A DNA stretch of 54,882 bases, counting the filler, from Jimgerdemannia flammicorona (Eukaryota), in assembly GCA_003990765.1 (NCBI GenBank). It is 2 parts of 2 records of this genome, joined end to end, with 100 filler letters (N's around TTAATTAATTAA, not from the genome) between each part and the next. Parts side by side here need not be neighbours in the genome. Positions count along the whole stretch, not along the records: positions 1 to 27,397 come from RBNJ01000632.1; 1 more part is not named here. The stretch is one strand, 5' to 3'. The notes under the pieces were generated by a model that saw only the letters and a program-made list of their open reading frames with translations, ran no database searches and had not been told where the DNA came from. Below, one piece after another: positions 1 through 12,202 of the stretch; the first letter of the stretch is position 1, and each line of letters opens with the position of its first letter. Both the position numbers and the translations under genes were made by a program.

Positions 1-2111
1 ACCAAACACAAAAAAGCCAACAAAGGGTCCATTTCTTGATTGGCTTTGGACAGTCTACGCCCTGTTCGGACGGTACATCTCAAAATTAGGGTCGGTGAAG
101 AATTTACGAGAAGAACAATTCCCCCCACCCAAAAAAAAAAAAAAAAAAAAAACTGACTTCCATACCCGAATTTTTATCCCATCAAGCTCGATTCGCATCA
201 GGTCCACCTGATCAGGCGTCAGCTCGCGGTACTCTGGTGGTTCTATATAGAAATCTTTACGGAAAGGCTCGTACTTAATTTGCGAGTGGTCCACAGCCGC
301 TAAGTCTTTCTTCTTCATCTTCTTTGCAGCGAGCCTACAAGGAAGGCGATTTGAAATAATTTCAACTTGATACCCTTTTCGTAAATACGCGCAAATGCGT
401 TTTCAACAGGAATATATTGAAATAGATGCAGTTGAAACTCACGCTAGAATATCTTCCGGATCGGACCCCACATCGTCTGGCTCCTCATCGCCAATTTCCT
501 CGCCATCTCCTACGGGTGTGCTTTCGAGCTTGTCCCCCTTTCCCTTGGATGCCTCCAGCTGCTTCAACCTCTTCAGGTCCTGTTTGTTCAATTGCTGTAC
601 TTCAGCGGTTACGTCGACCATAAAGGCATCTAACGGATCGACCTCGTCTTCCTCATCCTTGTTAGCTTTTGTATGTAAGACATCACCTTTTTGATGGTAA
701 GAATCGATCGCGGGATCTGTGATTTCTTTTGACAGTGTGATTATACGTCGTTTCGTAGTGGGCGACTGAACAACGATGCCTTCGGGTATTTTGGGTGAAT
801 TGGGAGTGACGGATATTGGTGAGATAATCGGTGCATTGTATTTTGCAGTTTTGCCTAAGCCTATTTGCATCATTGGTTTAGCCTTCTCAGAATCACCGGT
901 TCTATTCGTAGACAGCTTGTTGGTGAAGCTCATAAAGGGATTTCGACGAACGGTGGGTTTTGCTACCAGCGATTCAGAGTTATCATCTTCTTTCTCCAAC
1001 ATCTTCATCGGTAATAAATTGTGGTCCTTTGGAATCTCTGTGGAAGGTGATAGCATTAAGAAGTGAGTGTGAGGATTTCGTAAAAGACAAATGTGACATG
1101 ACAAACCCTCAACCTCATCACCGGATTACCATCAGGGATACCTGACGCCGATTCATGATCGACTTCCATCACATCGTCTTCGTCATCGTCTTCAAGGTTC
1201 CATCCTTTGGCATGCTCCTGACGATCTTCAACCTCATCCCCTTCTCCAGCAGTCGTTTCGACATGTGCCGTCGATTCTTGCATGGAAGATGAGGCGGTGA
1301 AGGCATCCTGGGCTGGCTCACTTTTGAGTTGTTCAGAAAACTTTGCTGCTTCTTCCGCTTTTTTGACAACCTCACGCTCTCGACGCCACTGCTCTACCCG
1401 CTCTCGTCGCTGGCGGATTTTCTCCTCGGGGTCAAGAAGGGCCGTTGATGTAGCATCAGGGGCAGACGACGACGTTAACGACACTGGTAACTGTAGTGTG
1501 TACAACGCGCATAGAAAGCGATGTATGCAATTATTGAGAAGCGAGCATTCGGTAACACAATCTTGAAATAAACGATTCGATTGTATACATACCTTCTCTT
1601 TGTGATCGTCTATCTGCTCTCTGACTGCTCCAACCCGGAATGCCGTAAGTAATTGAGATGATTGTCCAGAATTCAGTGAGAGTGATGACTGTGGTACAAA
1701 ATTACCTGTATCAACAGGCGAGAGTGACGCACCATTGCTCAACTCCTCAATGTCCTCAACATTCATAACAACTATATTTTCGAGCCGTTGCAGGTCAGAA
1801 CTTTTTTCAGCTTGTATCTTGTTGCCATCGCGGTGGTCTTTGTGTCGGGAAGAAGAGCTCGTGTGTTTTTCGTCAGATCGGGAAGACCTATGCGAATGGT
1901 CGCGGTGGCTCGAGGAACGGTCCTTTTCGCGACGGTCTCGGTCTCCTCGATCACGATCCCGGGTTCCATCTCTGTCTCGATGTGAGGATGAGGAAGATGA
2001 ATGTTTTCTCCGCTTAAAGGAAGGTGGAGAGCGAACCGGTGATCTTGAACGGTGTCGGGTCATGTCTGGTTTGTGGTTCGGAGTAAGAGAGGGTGAGACT
2101 GCTTCTTGCAT
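1..2111 (-). CDS. PRP5: Pre-mRNA-processing DEAD-box RNA helicase Prp5/DDX46, N-terminal part (multi-exon; helicase core lies beyond the window start)
   Basis: Arg/Ser/Asp-rich N-terminus, 'EEKIRQRRERVEQWR', 'EDEVDPLDAFM', 'KKKDLAAVDHSQIKYEPFRKDFYIEPPE...ELDGIKIR', then after a GT..AG intron 'GVDCPKPIKKW' (about 29-61). These are the hallmark segments that precede the Prp5 helicase core. GT-AG intron at 1592..1491. Start is 2111 or 2063. Confidence 0.9.
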
Positions 2112-2220
2112 TTTTACCTCCAGTAAATGTTTGTTGACGGTTCGATAAGGTGGCGAGTAGCTGACGTCAGCAAAGATTCGAATTTAGCACAGCAAGTCAC
2201 AACTCCCCCTCCCAAGTATT
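2112..2220. promoter_or_regulatory. Short bidirectional promoter between PRP5 and the PITH gene, with palindromic CRE/ATF-like site CTGACGTCAG (2161-2170)
   Basis: Head-to-head start codons about 110 bp apart, with a TGACGTCA palindrome in the middle. Confidence 0.5.
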
Positions 2221-3522
2221 ATGTCGCATTGTCACGACCACCACGACCACCACGACCACCACGACCACGAGGAGCATCCGGACGACGGGGAGCAGACTTC
2301 GCTCTTTGGCCGCATCGACCGGGACCACGTTCGTGTCCTTAACGAGGCAAATCCTGGGAGCGGCAAGGGGGTTATCCGCCCATGGAACGAACGAATGATA
2401 AACGACAAGGTTGGTCCACCTCTATGTCCGTAATGAACGAACGGGTATCTCTTCCAGGACCTTGGTTCCTATTAATGGCACGATACATTTGTCTTCAATG
2501 CGTTTAGTTTGTGGAGAGTGATGCTGATGAGCAACTGATATTCTTCATACCGTAAGCACCGGAAATGAATTTGTTCTGTCTTTCTACTATAAGCTTGCAC
2601 CGCCCTTTTTGAGCTCACCTCATGATGATGGCAGAATTGACAATGATATTTTCTCATCTAATGGTTCTTGCTCCAACAACTTAGTTTCACCGGTAGTGTT
2701 AAGCTGCGGTCAATATGCGTACGGGGTGGCTCTGGAGAAACGGCACCATCTAAATTGAAAGTGTATGTTATCATCGTTGGATCTTCAACAAAGTCCGTAT
2801 ACGTCGAAACGGGCATAGTTGTGAGACACATTTTTAAATGTGATTATCATAAGGAAGTTGCGCGGTTTGATACCAAAATTCACCTATGCAGGTTCATCAA
2901 TCGTGAAGATGTCGATTTTGATACAGTTGACAGTTACGAGCCTTTGCAGGAGTGGGAATTGGCGCAAGGTGCTCACGAAGTCGTCGAGTACAGCACAAGG
3001 TAATCGTTATAAGCACTATTTCCTGTTTCAGGTTTCCGAGATCTGGTTCACTTTGACAAACCGTATCAGAAGTTGGCAAATGATACTGATTGAAACCTAC
3101 TTCCCGTGTTCTTGGGGGATTCGCGCCCAATATATAACCAGGATCGCCAAGTTTGCAAACGTTCGTAACATCACACTCTATTTTCCGGAGAATTTCGGCG
3201 AGGAGTTGACGAGAATACATTTCATTGGGTTCAAAGGAGAGTGGACGGAGGTACGTAAACTCTATCATCTACATAAACATTGATTGAATGTTAGACACTG
3301 CGTGATACTCACCCGTGCATAACAATATATGTGTATGTCAGATCAAGCGCGACCCTATCATCACTGGTAAGATGTATGAGGCATGGTGTCGTATTGGGGG
3401 GGGGGGGTATTGAGGGATTGGCACTAATTGCCACCTCCGTCACAGTCTACGAAGCCAAGGCAAACCCTGCGGATCACAGGACGCCGGCTGGCGAGGACGT
3501 GGTCACGCGGTCGATCCAGTAG
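2221..3522 (+). CDS. PITH domain-containing protein (PITHD1-like), multi-exon
   Basis: His/Asp-rich N-terminus, then exons 'FVESDADEQLIFFIP', 'FTGSVKLRSICVRGG', 'FINREDVDFD', 'KFANVRNITLYFPENFG...IHFIGFKGEWTE', 'YEAKANPADH'. All are typical PITH-family motifs and are joined by GT-AG introns. Confidence 0.9.
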
Positions 3523-3706
3523 CAGTCACGGTCATGTGGTGTGCCTGATGCAGTATCCAATGACAGATAATAAAATCATGTTGAGTCAACCTGTGTCCCG
3601 CCTGTGCCCCTTGCTGCTGCCCCGTTGTGGTGATGACACGGAAACTCGAATATAAGCTAAGTTTGGACGCCACTCTTCCGGAAACCCAACATTCCCGCTT
3701 GCAGCC

Positions 3707-6700
3707 ATGACCGAAACCCGACAGAACGCCGATGCTTCCGCCGTAACCGCCCTTGCCTCTCAGCTTGCGAACATATCACTGCAGCATAACCATGGTCACC
3801 ACTTAGGCGACAGCCAGCCGGCCTCGCTTTTCAACCCCGATGATCAGTTCGATCTTGGTGACTTAAGCGGCTTTGTCGAGGGTAACGCGGGACATTCGGC
3901 CGTCTCTTTGAAGGTATTAGTATCGTTGTCGCTGTCGCTCCGTGATCCGCTCATTCTTCTCGGCAGCCATGACGGATTTTCAGTAACACAACCAGAGGAA
4001 AATCACTTGCGTTCCAAATTTTAAAGAACAAACTTCTGCATCCTACCGAAGCTGATTTAAAGTCTTTGAAGGATCAGCTTGATCATCGAATACGTGACGG
4101 TCACGGAGAAACAATGTTTGAGATCGGTATCGAGGGTATGTTTTTGAATCACACACGAAACGATGTCATTGAGTTCACATATCATCATTGAACCATAAAT
4201 CAATTCTTCCTTCGCCCTGCGTGTTTCGTATTTAGACGACGGGACGCCTATGAATCTTGAGCTTGAGGAGTTCCAAGTTGCATTATTGACACTCGAAAAG
4301 GTGTTGAAGGAACTCGGAGCTGACTACGCAATTATGGACGAGAGAGATACCACTGGGTCCACATCTTCAACATTTGCAATACCAGGGATGGATGAGACGG
4401 CTGAAGAGGTTCCGAAACCTGTGGAGGATACGATTACATTAGGGATAGTAACTCCCTCGTCTGGAAAAGTGGCGCACCTCATGATTCGCAAGAAACCGTT
4501 ATCAGTTGATGAGCTTCTGGAAATTCGTGTGGCCGTTGTGGGCAATGTGGTGCGTCTCGTTTTTCTCTTGCCGACATTGAAATGGTGACGTGACTGTTCA
4601 TTCTACGAAATTCACACTCAGTCTACATTTTTGAATTCGCGCTACATTAACAACAGGATGCTGGGAAGGTTTGTGCTACGATTATCCCGATAAATTTGAA
4701 TATTATTTCCACTCAACATGGCGTTGATTGGTTGCTTTTTTGATAGTCAACGTTGTTAGGTGTCTTGACGAAAGGTGTTTTGGACGACGGCAGAGGGAAG
4801 GCTCGTGTCAATCTCTTCCGGTAATTCATCTTATAACGTGCACATAAATGAGCAATTTTCACAATGGCTATTCCTGGGTGGTAAATGACAATGAGTCCTA
4901 TTTTCAACATCTAGTCATAAGCATGAGGTCCAGAGTGGCCGGACTTCAAGTGTGTGTATGGAGATTCTCGGATTCGACTCGAAATCGCAGATAATCACAC
5001 ACGTGGACGGCCAGCACGGTCGTAACTTAACTTGGGATGATATATGTACACATGCTTCCAAAGTTCTTTCGTTCATTGACCTTGCAGGACATGAGAAATA
5101 TCTCAAGGTTAGTGACTCTAGGTATTTCTATAATGTGTGATCTTATGACATTGTCAGACAGCGTGGTATGACCTCACAACGATTCCACAAACTGATCAGT
5201 TCGGGGGGGATTTTTTTCTTTAGACGACTGTGTTTGGTATGACTGGTTGTGCTCCTGACTTTGTTATGCTAATGGTAAGCAGATTCAATTGAATCTTCTG
5301 TCATTATATATATATATGTGTGTGCATATGGAAGATGCCTATTAATTCGTGGATTACGATGTTATTGTGGCATGAATGGTGCTACTAGGTTGGTGCTAAT
5401 GCTGGTGCGTGCAGTCAATTCCATGAAAAACACTAACATTGCAGGGTTGGTAGGGACTCGAACATTAATTAACAAATCTTTTAAACTCAACAATTCTTTT
5501 ATATTTGTGATATCCTGTAATATAATAGGCGTTATTGGGATGACTAAGGAACATCTTGGCTTGGCCCTGTCGCTCGCGATACCGGTGTTAGTGGTGATCA
5601 CTAAGATTGATATGTGTCCCACTAACATACTCGAGAATACGGTCAAGCAACTCACAAAAATCCTTCGAAGCCCTGGTTGCCGTAAAATCCCAATGTTCAT
5701 CAAGACTACGGAGGATGTGGTTGTCACCGCTGTGAGCATTGTATTATATTAGATGGTATTTATGGAAGGCAAATTTTGCCGCGTTTCTATCGTCAAAAAT
5801 ATCTCACCAATGTTTCCTATTGACATCAGCAAAATTTTGTCAGTGAGAGGTTGTGCCCGATTTTTCAAGTCAGCAATGTGTCTGGGGAGGTAGATTTCCC
5901 AGCATGTGCTCTTCATACATTGTTTTGACATGAAAAGTCGTATGGTTGGTAAAGCCGTAAGATATATATGCTTACAAAAGCTTTATGACTACAGGGACTC
6001 GATTTATTGCGTGGATTCCTCAACATCCTTCCTACCCACGGAAAGTATGACATCAATCAGCCGTTTGAATATCAGATCACGGATACCTTTTCTGTTCCCC
6101 ATGTCGGCACGGTAGTCAGCGGAGTTGTGATGGGCGGTAAGCCTCCACAAAAGGATTCTGTAATCATTTACAAGTTTGGTAACTACTTACATTCGTTTCT
6201 GTCATACTAATCATCGTCACTTAAACGATTGCGTCAGGTGTCGTTCATATCGGCGATACACTCCTCTTGGGGCCTGACTCTTTAGGTCACTTCCAAACAA
6301 CAACAGTGAAAAGTATCCAGCGTAAGCGCGTCAATGTTCCCCTGGCATCGGCGGGACAAAGTACAAGTTTCGCGTTAAAGAAGATTAGGAGAAATGCGAT
6401 ACGGAAAGGTTGGCGCTCTTATCAAAATGCTAAGAAATTAATTCATACTGATTAGGGGGTGAGAGGTTGATGGGAATCGCATCTTAACTGCAGTAGCATG
6501 TCCTCATCCTTTTCTTGTATTTTTCTGATTGTGATCCAGGCATGGTCATGCTGAGGTTGGTGTGGTTTATCACGCGCGATTTCAGTTATCGCGATATAGC
6601 TTGCTTATTGACGTCATATTATAACACCGTTGTATCGTCTTTATGTCTCTAACAATAGCAAAGAGGATATTCCTCCAAAAGGTACGTTCGTTCTCCAAAT

Positions 6701-7229
6701 AAACCTTACTCGTTTTATATTAACGAACCAGAGTAGTATTTCATTGAGCCAAGAGCTTTCAAGCTGATGCCTACTGTAAAATGAATGGAAATAGCCTGCA
6801 GGGAATTCGAGGCCGAAATCCTTGTCTTGTACCATTCAACGACTATCGGCCAAAAATATCAAGCTATGCTTCATTGTGGTGGGATCCGCCAGACAGCTCG
6901 TATCATGAACATGGACAAGACTGTATTAAGGACTGGTGATCGTGCCTTAGTGGTAAGTGATACTTCGAAGACTGTGTGGAACGATTACTCTCATCGAACC
7001 TGAATCTGACGATTTTGCGCCAATTTGTTCGTTGAAACCAACAGCAGTTCCAGTTTATCAAGAATCCAGAATATTTGAAGGTTGGCGCGAGACTGGTATG
7101 TTTTCGAAATGTTGTTGATCACTTAATTGTTTCTCGACTGATCTAATCGTATATATGGTGTATGCGCTGTAGATCTTCCGCGAGGGCCGTACGAAAGGGA
7201 TCGGGAAAGTGACCAGGATATTAGCTTAA
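3707..7229 (+). CDS. GTP-binding protein 1/2-like translational GTPase (GTPBP1 family), many exons including micro-exons
   Basis: '[34 protein letters not shown]', '[10 protein letters not shown]', '[20 protein letters not shown]', '[13 protein letters not shown]', 'VITKIDMCP', '[12 protein letters not shown]', '[12 protein letters not shown]'. Stop TAA at 7227-7229. Confidence 0.92.
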
Positions 7230-7964
7230 CGGAGTTTGGCAATTAAGCGAAGGGAAATAATACACTGATGTAATGTATAAGTGAATGGGAACTCTTACTG
7301 AAGGGAATTTCCAATCATGAATTTTAAGGCCCGCATATTATTATCTACTACATAGGGGTGAATCCGAAAACCCCGCACATAAGTAAATGAGTATATATTC
7401 TATTAGGATTGTGTTGGGTTTAACAACTTGCCTTGGTGCTTGTTATTATTCGACACAAGCACAGACACCGCAAGGTTAGGTACATTTTATACATTTTAAT
7501 GAATTGGTTATGGTGGGTAAATTAGTGAGATTGGAGGGGATGCTTGTAATTAATTAATAAATAAAATAAAAATAAAAATAAAGCTATCGAAAAAGCAAAA
7601 AAGTGGGCTTTGCAACAGTCGCATCACTTTTTTTTTTGATTTATCTCCCGCGCACCCGGAACACAACTATGTACAAGGACACGGGCTGAAAATAATAATA
7701 ATAATAATAATAAATCGAAAGAATGGCAATCGTGCGAGAAGGGATTATTAACATGTACACTACATCAAGTAGATAGAGAAACGGTGTTGAACAGACATCC
7801 CGAAACGTCAAACGGTGCGAGGGAGGACAGGTGGCACAAGGGTTTGTCGTTATGAATTTTTGAGGTTTGAGAAGCGAATGAGAAAGGATGATGCCAGATT
7901 AAAGGGTGAGAGAAAAGAAAAAGTGTCCATTGGCCAACGACCACCTGAGCCCAAGTAAAACAAT

Positions 7965-10031
7965 TTAGAACTTGTTTTCAGGTTCCTCGTGGAAGATCTT
8001 CTCTGCGACGATATACTTATCCTCGTGCTTGATGAGCCTCTTGACGCACGCAACAGTGGACGGGAGGGTCAAGAACAACCACGCAGCGACGGGAAGCCAA
8101 ACGTAATCAAGGATATTCCTCCAGGTGCGAGATTCAGTGCGGGACTTGCGGAGAAGTTCTCGGTCGACGGTGCGGTGAAGGTTCTCGTAGACGGCAAGCA
8201 TGCCGAAGAGCGGCATGGGAAGAAGAACGGTGACGATCTTAACAAGGTTCCAGAGGGTCGCGTAGAACTCAGATGTGAGGATGGGGTTTTCAGTGGGGGC
8301 AACGTATGAGAGGAGCGGGTGCGGTGGGAAGAGGAGGAACTGCATGACGGGAACCGCGGCGAACATGAGCCAGCCCGACGTGCATGGGATCAGGTGCGCC
8401 TCGAGGACGTGGAAACAGACGACGATCTTGTCGAACAAATTGGCGACGGAGAAATAGTTGCCGTACTTGTTGGAGAGGGGAAGGAGGGATTTGGAATCGA
8501 AGTTGTTCTGCTGCTTGGGCAGGAAAGCGCTCTTGAGGGTGTAAGCGACATCGGCGACGCCGTTCATGTGACGGGTAGCCTGAACGTAACGGGCGTACAT
8601 GTTGGAAACATAGCCTGTGGTCTGGACGTTGGTGAGGTTGATGGGGACAAAGATAGGGACGGTGCGTGCGGCACCCTCGGTCTTGAAGAAGCATTTGAGC
8701 CACATGTGCATGTCCTCGCCAACGGAATCGGCGTCCACATCCCAGTAGCCCACGCGCTCTGCTAGCACCATACTCAGGCTGTACGTGGAGCAGGGGAAGG
8801 ACAGGCCTCGACTGTTGCTCAGGTTCTGCATCACCATGATCGACCACGTCGTATCGGTGACGCGGACCGCCGCGGGGACTTCGAAGGAATTGCGGGAGAA
8901 GAAAATCGGGGGGGAACAAAGGGTTGTGTAGGGATCCTCAGCCTGGCTTATAGCTTTCTCGACCTGTCCACCAATAATGATAATAATAAGATTTGAGATA
9001 AAACAATCCCACAAACATGTCTGACAGACAGCCAACGCAAATTACCAAGCGATAACCGTTCCTCCGCGTGAAACCCCCCCACCCACCCCCCCCCCAAAAC
9101 CTTTCGCGCATTTTCTTACCTCTGTAACATACAACTCAGGGATGGCCGAATCAGAATCAGTAACAGTGAAGACGACCCTCCGCTTCTCGACATTACGATG
9201 GATGAGCTCCTGGGCGCCGGTCCTGGCAGCGTAGGCGACGTTGCTGCCCTTGCCGCGGGCCTCTCCGGGGATGCCGGAGGGATGGGAGGTGATAATGAAG
9301 TGGAGAAAGTGGTTGGTGAAGTGGTCCTTCAAGTTCTGAGCCTTCGCCTCGTGGCCGAGCTCAGATTCCTCCATGGCCAAGATGATGACGTAGTTAGTTT
9401 GGGCATTCCTGCGGAAATGAAGAGGTGTGATGAGCGTGGTGCTACTAACAAAATTTTGATCTGCCAAAAATGCCAAGATTCTAGGCACCTGGAAATAGTC
9501 CCTCCCCCGCAACCTTTTGACAACTAAACCCTCCTTCATTGATCATTTCCCCAACCCAACGGATGCTAGCACCGAAGTTTACCTATGGTTTGCCAACCTC
9601 TTGATTGTATCTCTCAGGAGCGGCTCAGGTTCAGCGTAGTTGGGAATGATGAACGCATGAATCCAGTGCGAGTCCTCGTATAGCTTGAGGCTTGCCTCCA
9701 TCTCGTCAAAGTCCGACAGTGGGGTGTAGCTGGTGCGGGTCGGGGTGGGCAGTGGGGAACCGGAGAGAGAGCCTGCGACGCTCGAGGTATTGCTGTCGCC
9801 TGAGGTAACGCGCTGGGTGGCGTTCCACTGCCGAATATTGTACTTGATCTTGCGGGCACTGATACAAAACTTGAAGAAGTGATTGATCGACAAATAGAGG
9901 TACGTGATGAAATAGGTGAACAGGAAGAGCAGATAAGCGCGCGGGAAGAGGAGCGGGCCAAACGGCATCAGCAGGATAGCACCGATGGCAGCCGTGGGGG
10001 CGACCAGCTCGAAGGGGCGGAGGTAGTTCAT
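7965..10031 (-). CDS. Membrane-bound glycosyltransferase family 2 protein (3 exons: about 10031-9583, 9412-9120, 8963-7965)
   Basis: N-terminal TM helices, 'HAFIIPNYAEP', 'GKGSNV', DxD motif 'TDSDS', 'GEDMHM' catalytic-base motif, QxxRW-like 'QATRH', C-terminal TM helices. Strong GC3 codon bias. Confidence 0.8.
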
Positions 10032-12202
10032 TCTGCTTGTGAGATTGTCCTTTAGTGTATGTGGAGAGAGGAGAGTGAGAGGTGGAGGTTTGGCCGAAAG
10101 GTTATATGGAATTGTATAAAAATTACAGGGGATGTGGCCTTTACAAAGACTATAAGAATTGTTGAGAGGGATAAAGCACGAAATAAAGAGGTAAGAAAAA
10201 AGGGTAGGAAGTCAAGAGAACTACGACGGAGATTGCGGATTGTGCGACGGACGGGGAATCAAGGTATACAGGGAGTCAAGGGGAAGAAAAAGGAATAAAT
10301 TGATGAGTCAAAGAACAGCCAAGCCTTCCGCGGTAGAGCAACGAAAAACCTTCCGCCAAGGTCCCGTCTCAAAGGCTCACCTTTTGGGTGCTACAACGTT
10401 GCGAAAAAAGAGCGTTCTGTGTTTCTTTGCGGTTGTCACAGATGTGAAACCAGCAAGGAAAAGGGGGGACGGAGAAGCACAGAAGGGTTCTATGTCATGG
10501 CAGGCAACCGACAGCATTTTTATGGGCCGATGATTCAACAAAAAAAATTAGCTAAGCCTTGCTACCCGAAATGGCCACCAACCGTCGTCACGATTCGGAA
10601 AGCCGCGCGACAGCACCCTTACCCAACATCCATTCACAGTGCATCCATGCAACGGGGCGAACGACAAATTTTATGCGAACGGGGGATATAGGTCATGGAG
10701 CCGAGCGTAGAGGACGAGGAGGCAGGATTAGCGGGATAGCGGGGCGAGCCAACACTGTATCTCGAATGTCAGAAAACAATGAGCCCCCTGGTGCTACCGT
10801 GTCCACCCGTCCGTCCATCAGGCCAGAAGATACCCATCTTTCACCTGGCCTACGAATCATCCTTAATCTACACCCCCGGCCCTGCAGAGCGGATCTCGAA
10901 ATTCTCCATCTGCATTATCATCCCGTCAGCCTATTACAGTCGCACAGTCGGCTTTTCGGGCCCCCGTAAACGTGACGGAGCGATGACGAGACTATTCTCC
11001 TCCTGCACACTTTCCTCGCGTTGATTGGCTGGCTCGACTTTGTACCACCGGAGCACATGAAAGTGTTTGACGCATTGGTCCATCATAAACATTGTCAAAA
11101 AGATATTGGTAAAAATATATGAGTTTATATCTACTAGTTAATATAAATATTCTATGTTAAAATAATAAAAATTGGTCTTTTCAAAATTATTTTATAAATT
11201 GTAAGTATTATTAATATATTATTTAAATGAATATAAATATAATAAATAACTTACATAGATTTAAAATTTTCAGAAACTCTTGCCTAAATAACCCTGTTAT
11301 TGATAACATACAAGTAGAGAGCAGTAGAACATCCACATGGACACAATGAATGCTTTGTCAGTTACAAAGCAGAAAGTATGGAGCCACCAATATTGGATCA
11401 GTCTAATAATATAGCACTGGTGGGAATTAAACCACGTGAAGAATGACCCATCTATGACGCATCGTGCGCTCCGCGATCTAGATGTTCCCGCATTTCCATG
11501 ACAACAACGGTGTAAGTTCCGCAACCCGGTCGAACGACGTTTTCTTGTATTGCATGGGTTTCTTCCACAGAAATATCTGTTTCCTGTAGAATAAGTGAGT
11601 TGATTTTTTTTTTTTTTTAAAAAAAAAGCTCGTCACGTAACTGATGGTGGTACCAACATTCAGCCCTCAGCATGACGTCCTGTCCTCTGCTTCGCTCTGG
11701 ACAATATGGCGGTCTCCAGGGACATTGCCAAACATTACTCTGACTTCCGAAGGCACTACACCGATACAAAACTCGACAGCACTGCAAACGGACCAGCCGT
11801 CAGAAGGTATTTACAGGATGGGCACACATTTGGAAATTCAATAGATGCAAAACTATCTGCAGCGAAGTCGATCGGCGATGCTTTAGACTGCGTGAATATG
11901 AACTAGGTAAGAAATGAAAATTATGAAAACAATGGCAATTGCAGATTGGAGCGAAAAGGTTTGAAGACGAACCCAGAACAGAAATGTCAACAATGCCATT
12001 ATCAGAGGTAAAATGTAAATGTATGTACATTATGAAATGCGAATCAACCATGCGATTTGAAAGGATAAATAGAATACAGACACAGAAGGATACGACGTGA
12101 TATGTATAAATTGTCAACAAAAATACTAGTGTTCTCGGGTACCGAAGAATATTTCTTGTCTCTCCATCTCTCCCTCCTTGGGACTCACGAAATTAAAAAA
12201 AG

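Noticed and set aside
7989..8919. Several long overlapping ORFs across the GT2 gene (also across the Arf fusions and the oxygenase)
   Set aside because: Shadow ORFs caused by high GC3 codon bias.
11297..11906. Short ORFs with splice-like signals beside an AT-rich patch
   Set aside because: Stops in candidate frames and no recognisable family; at most a decayed fragment.
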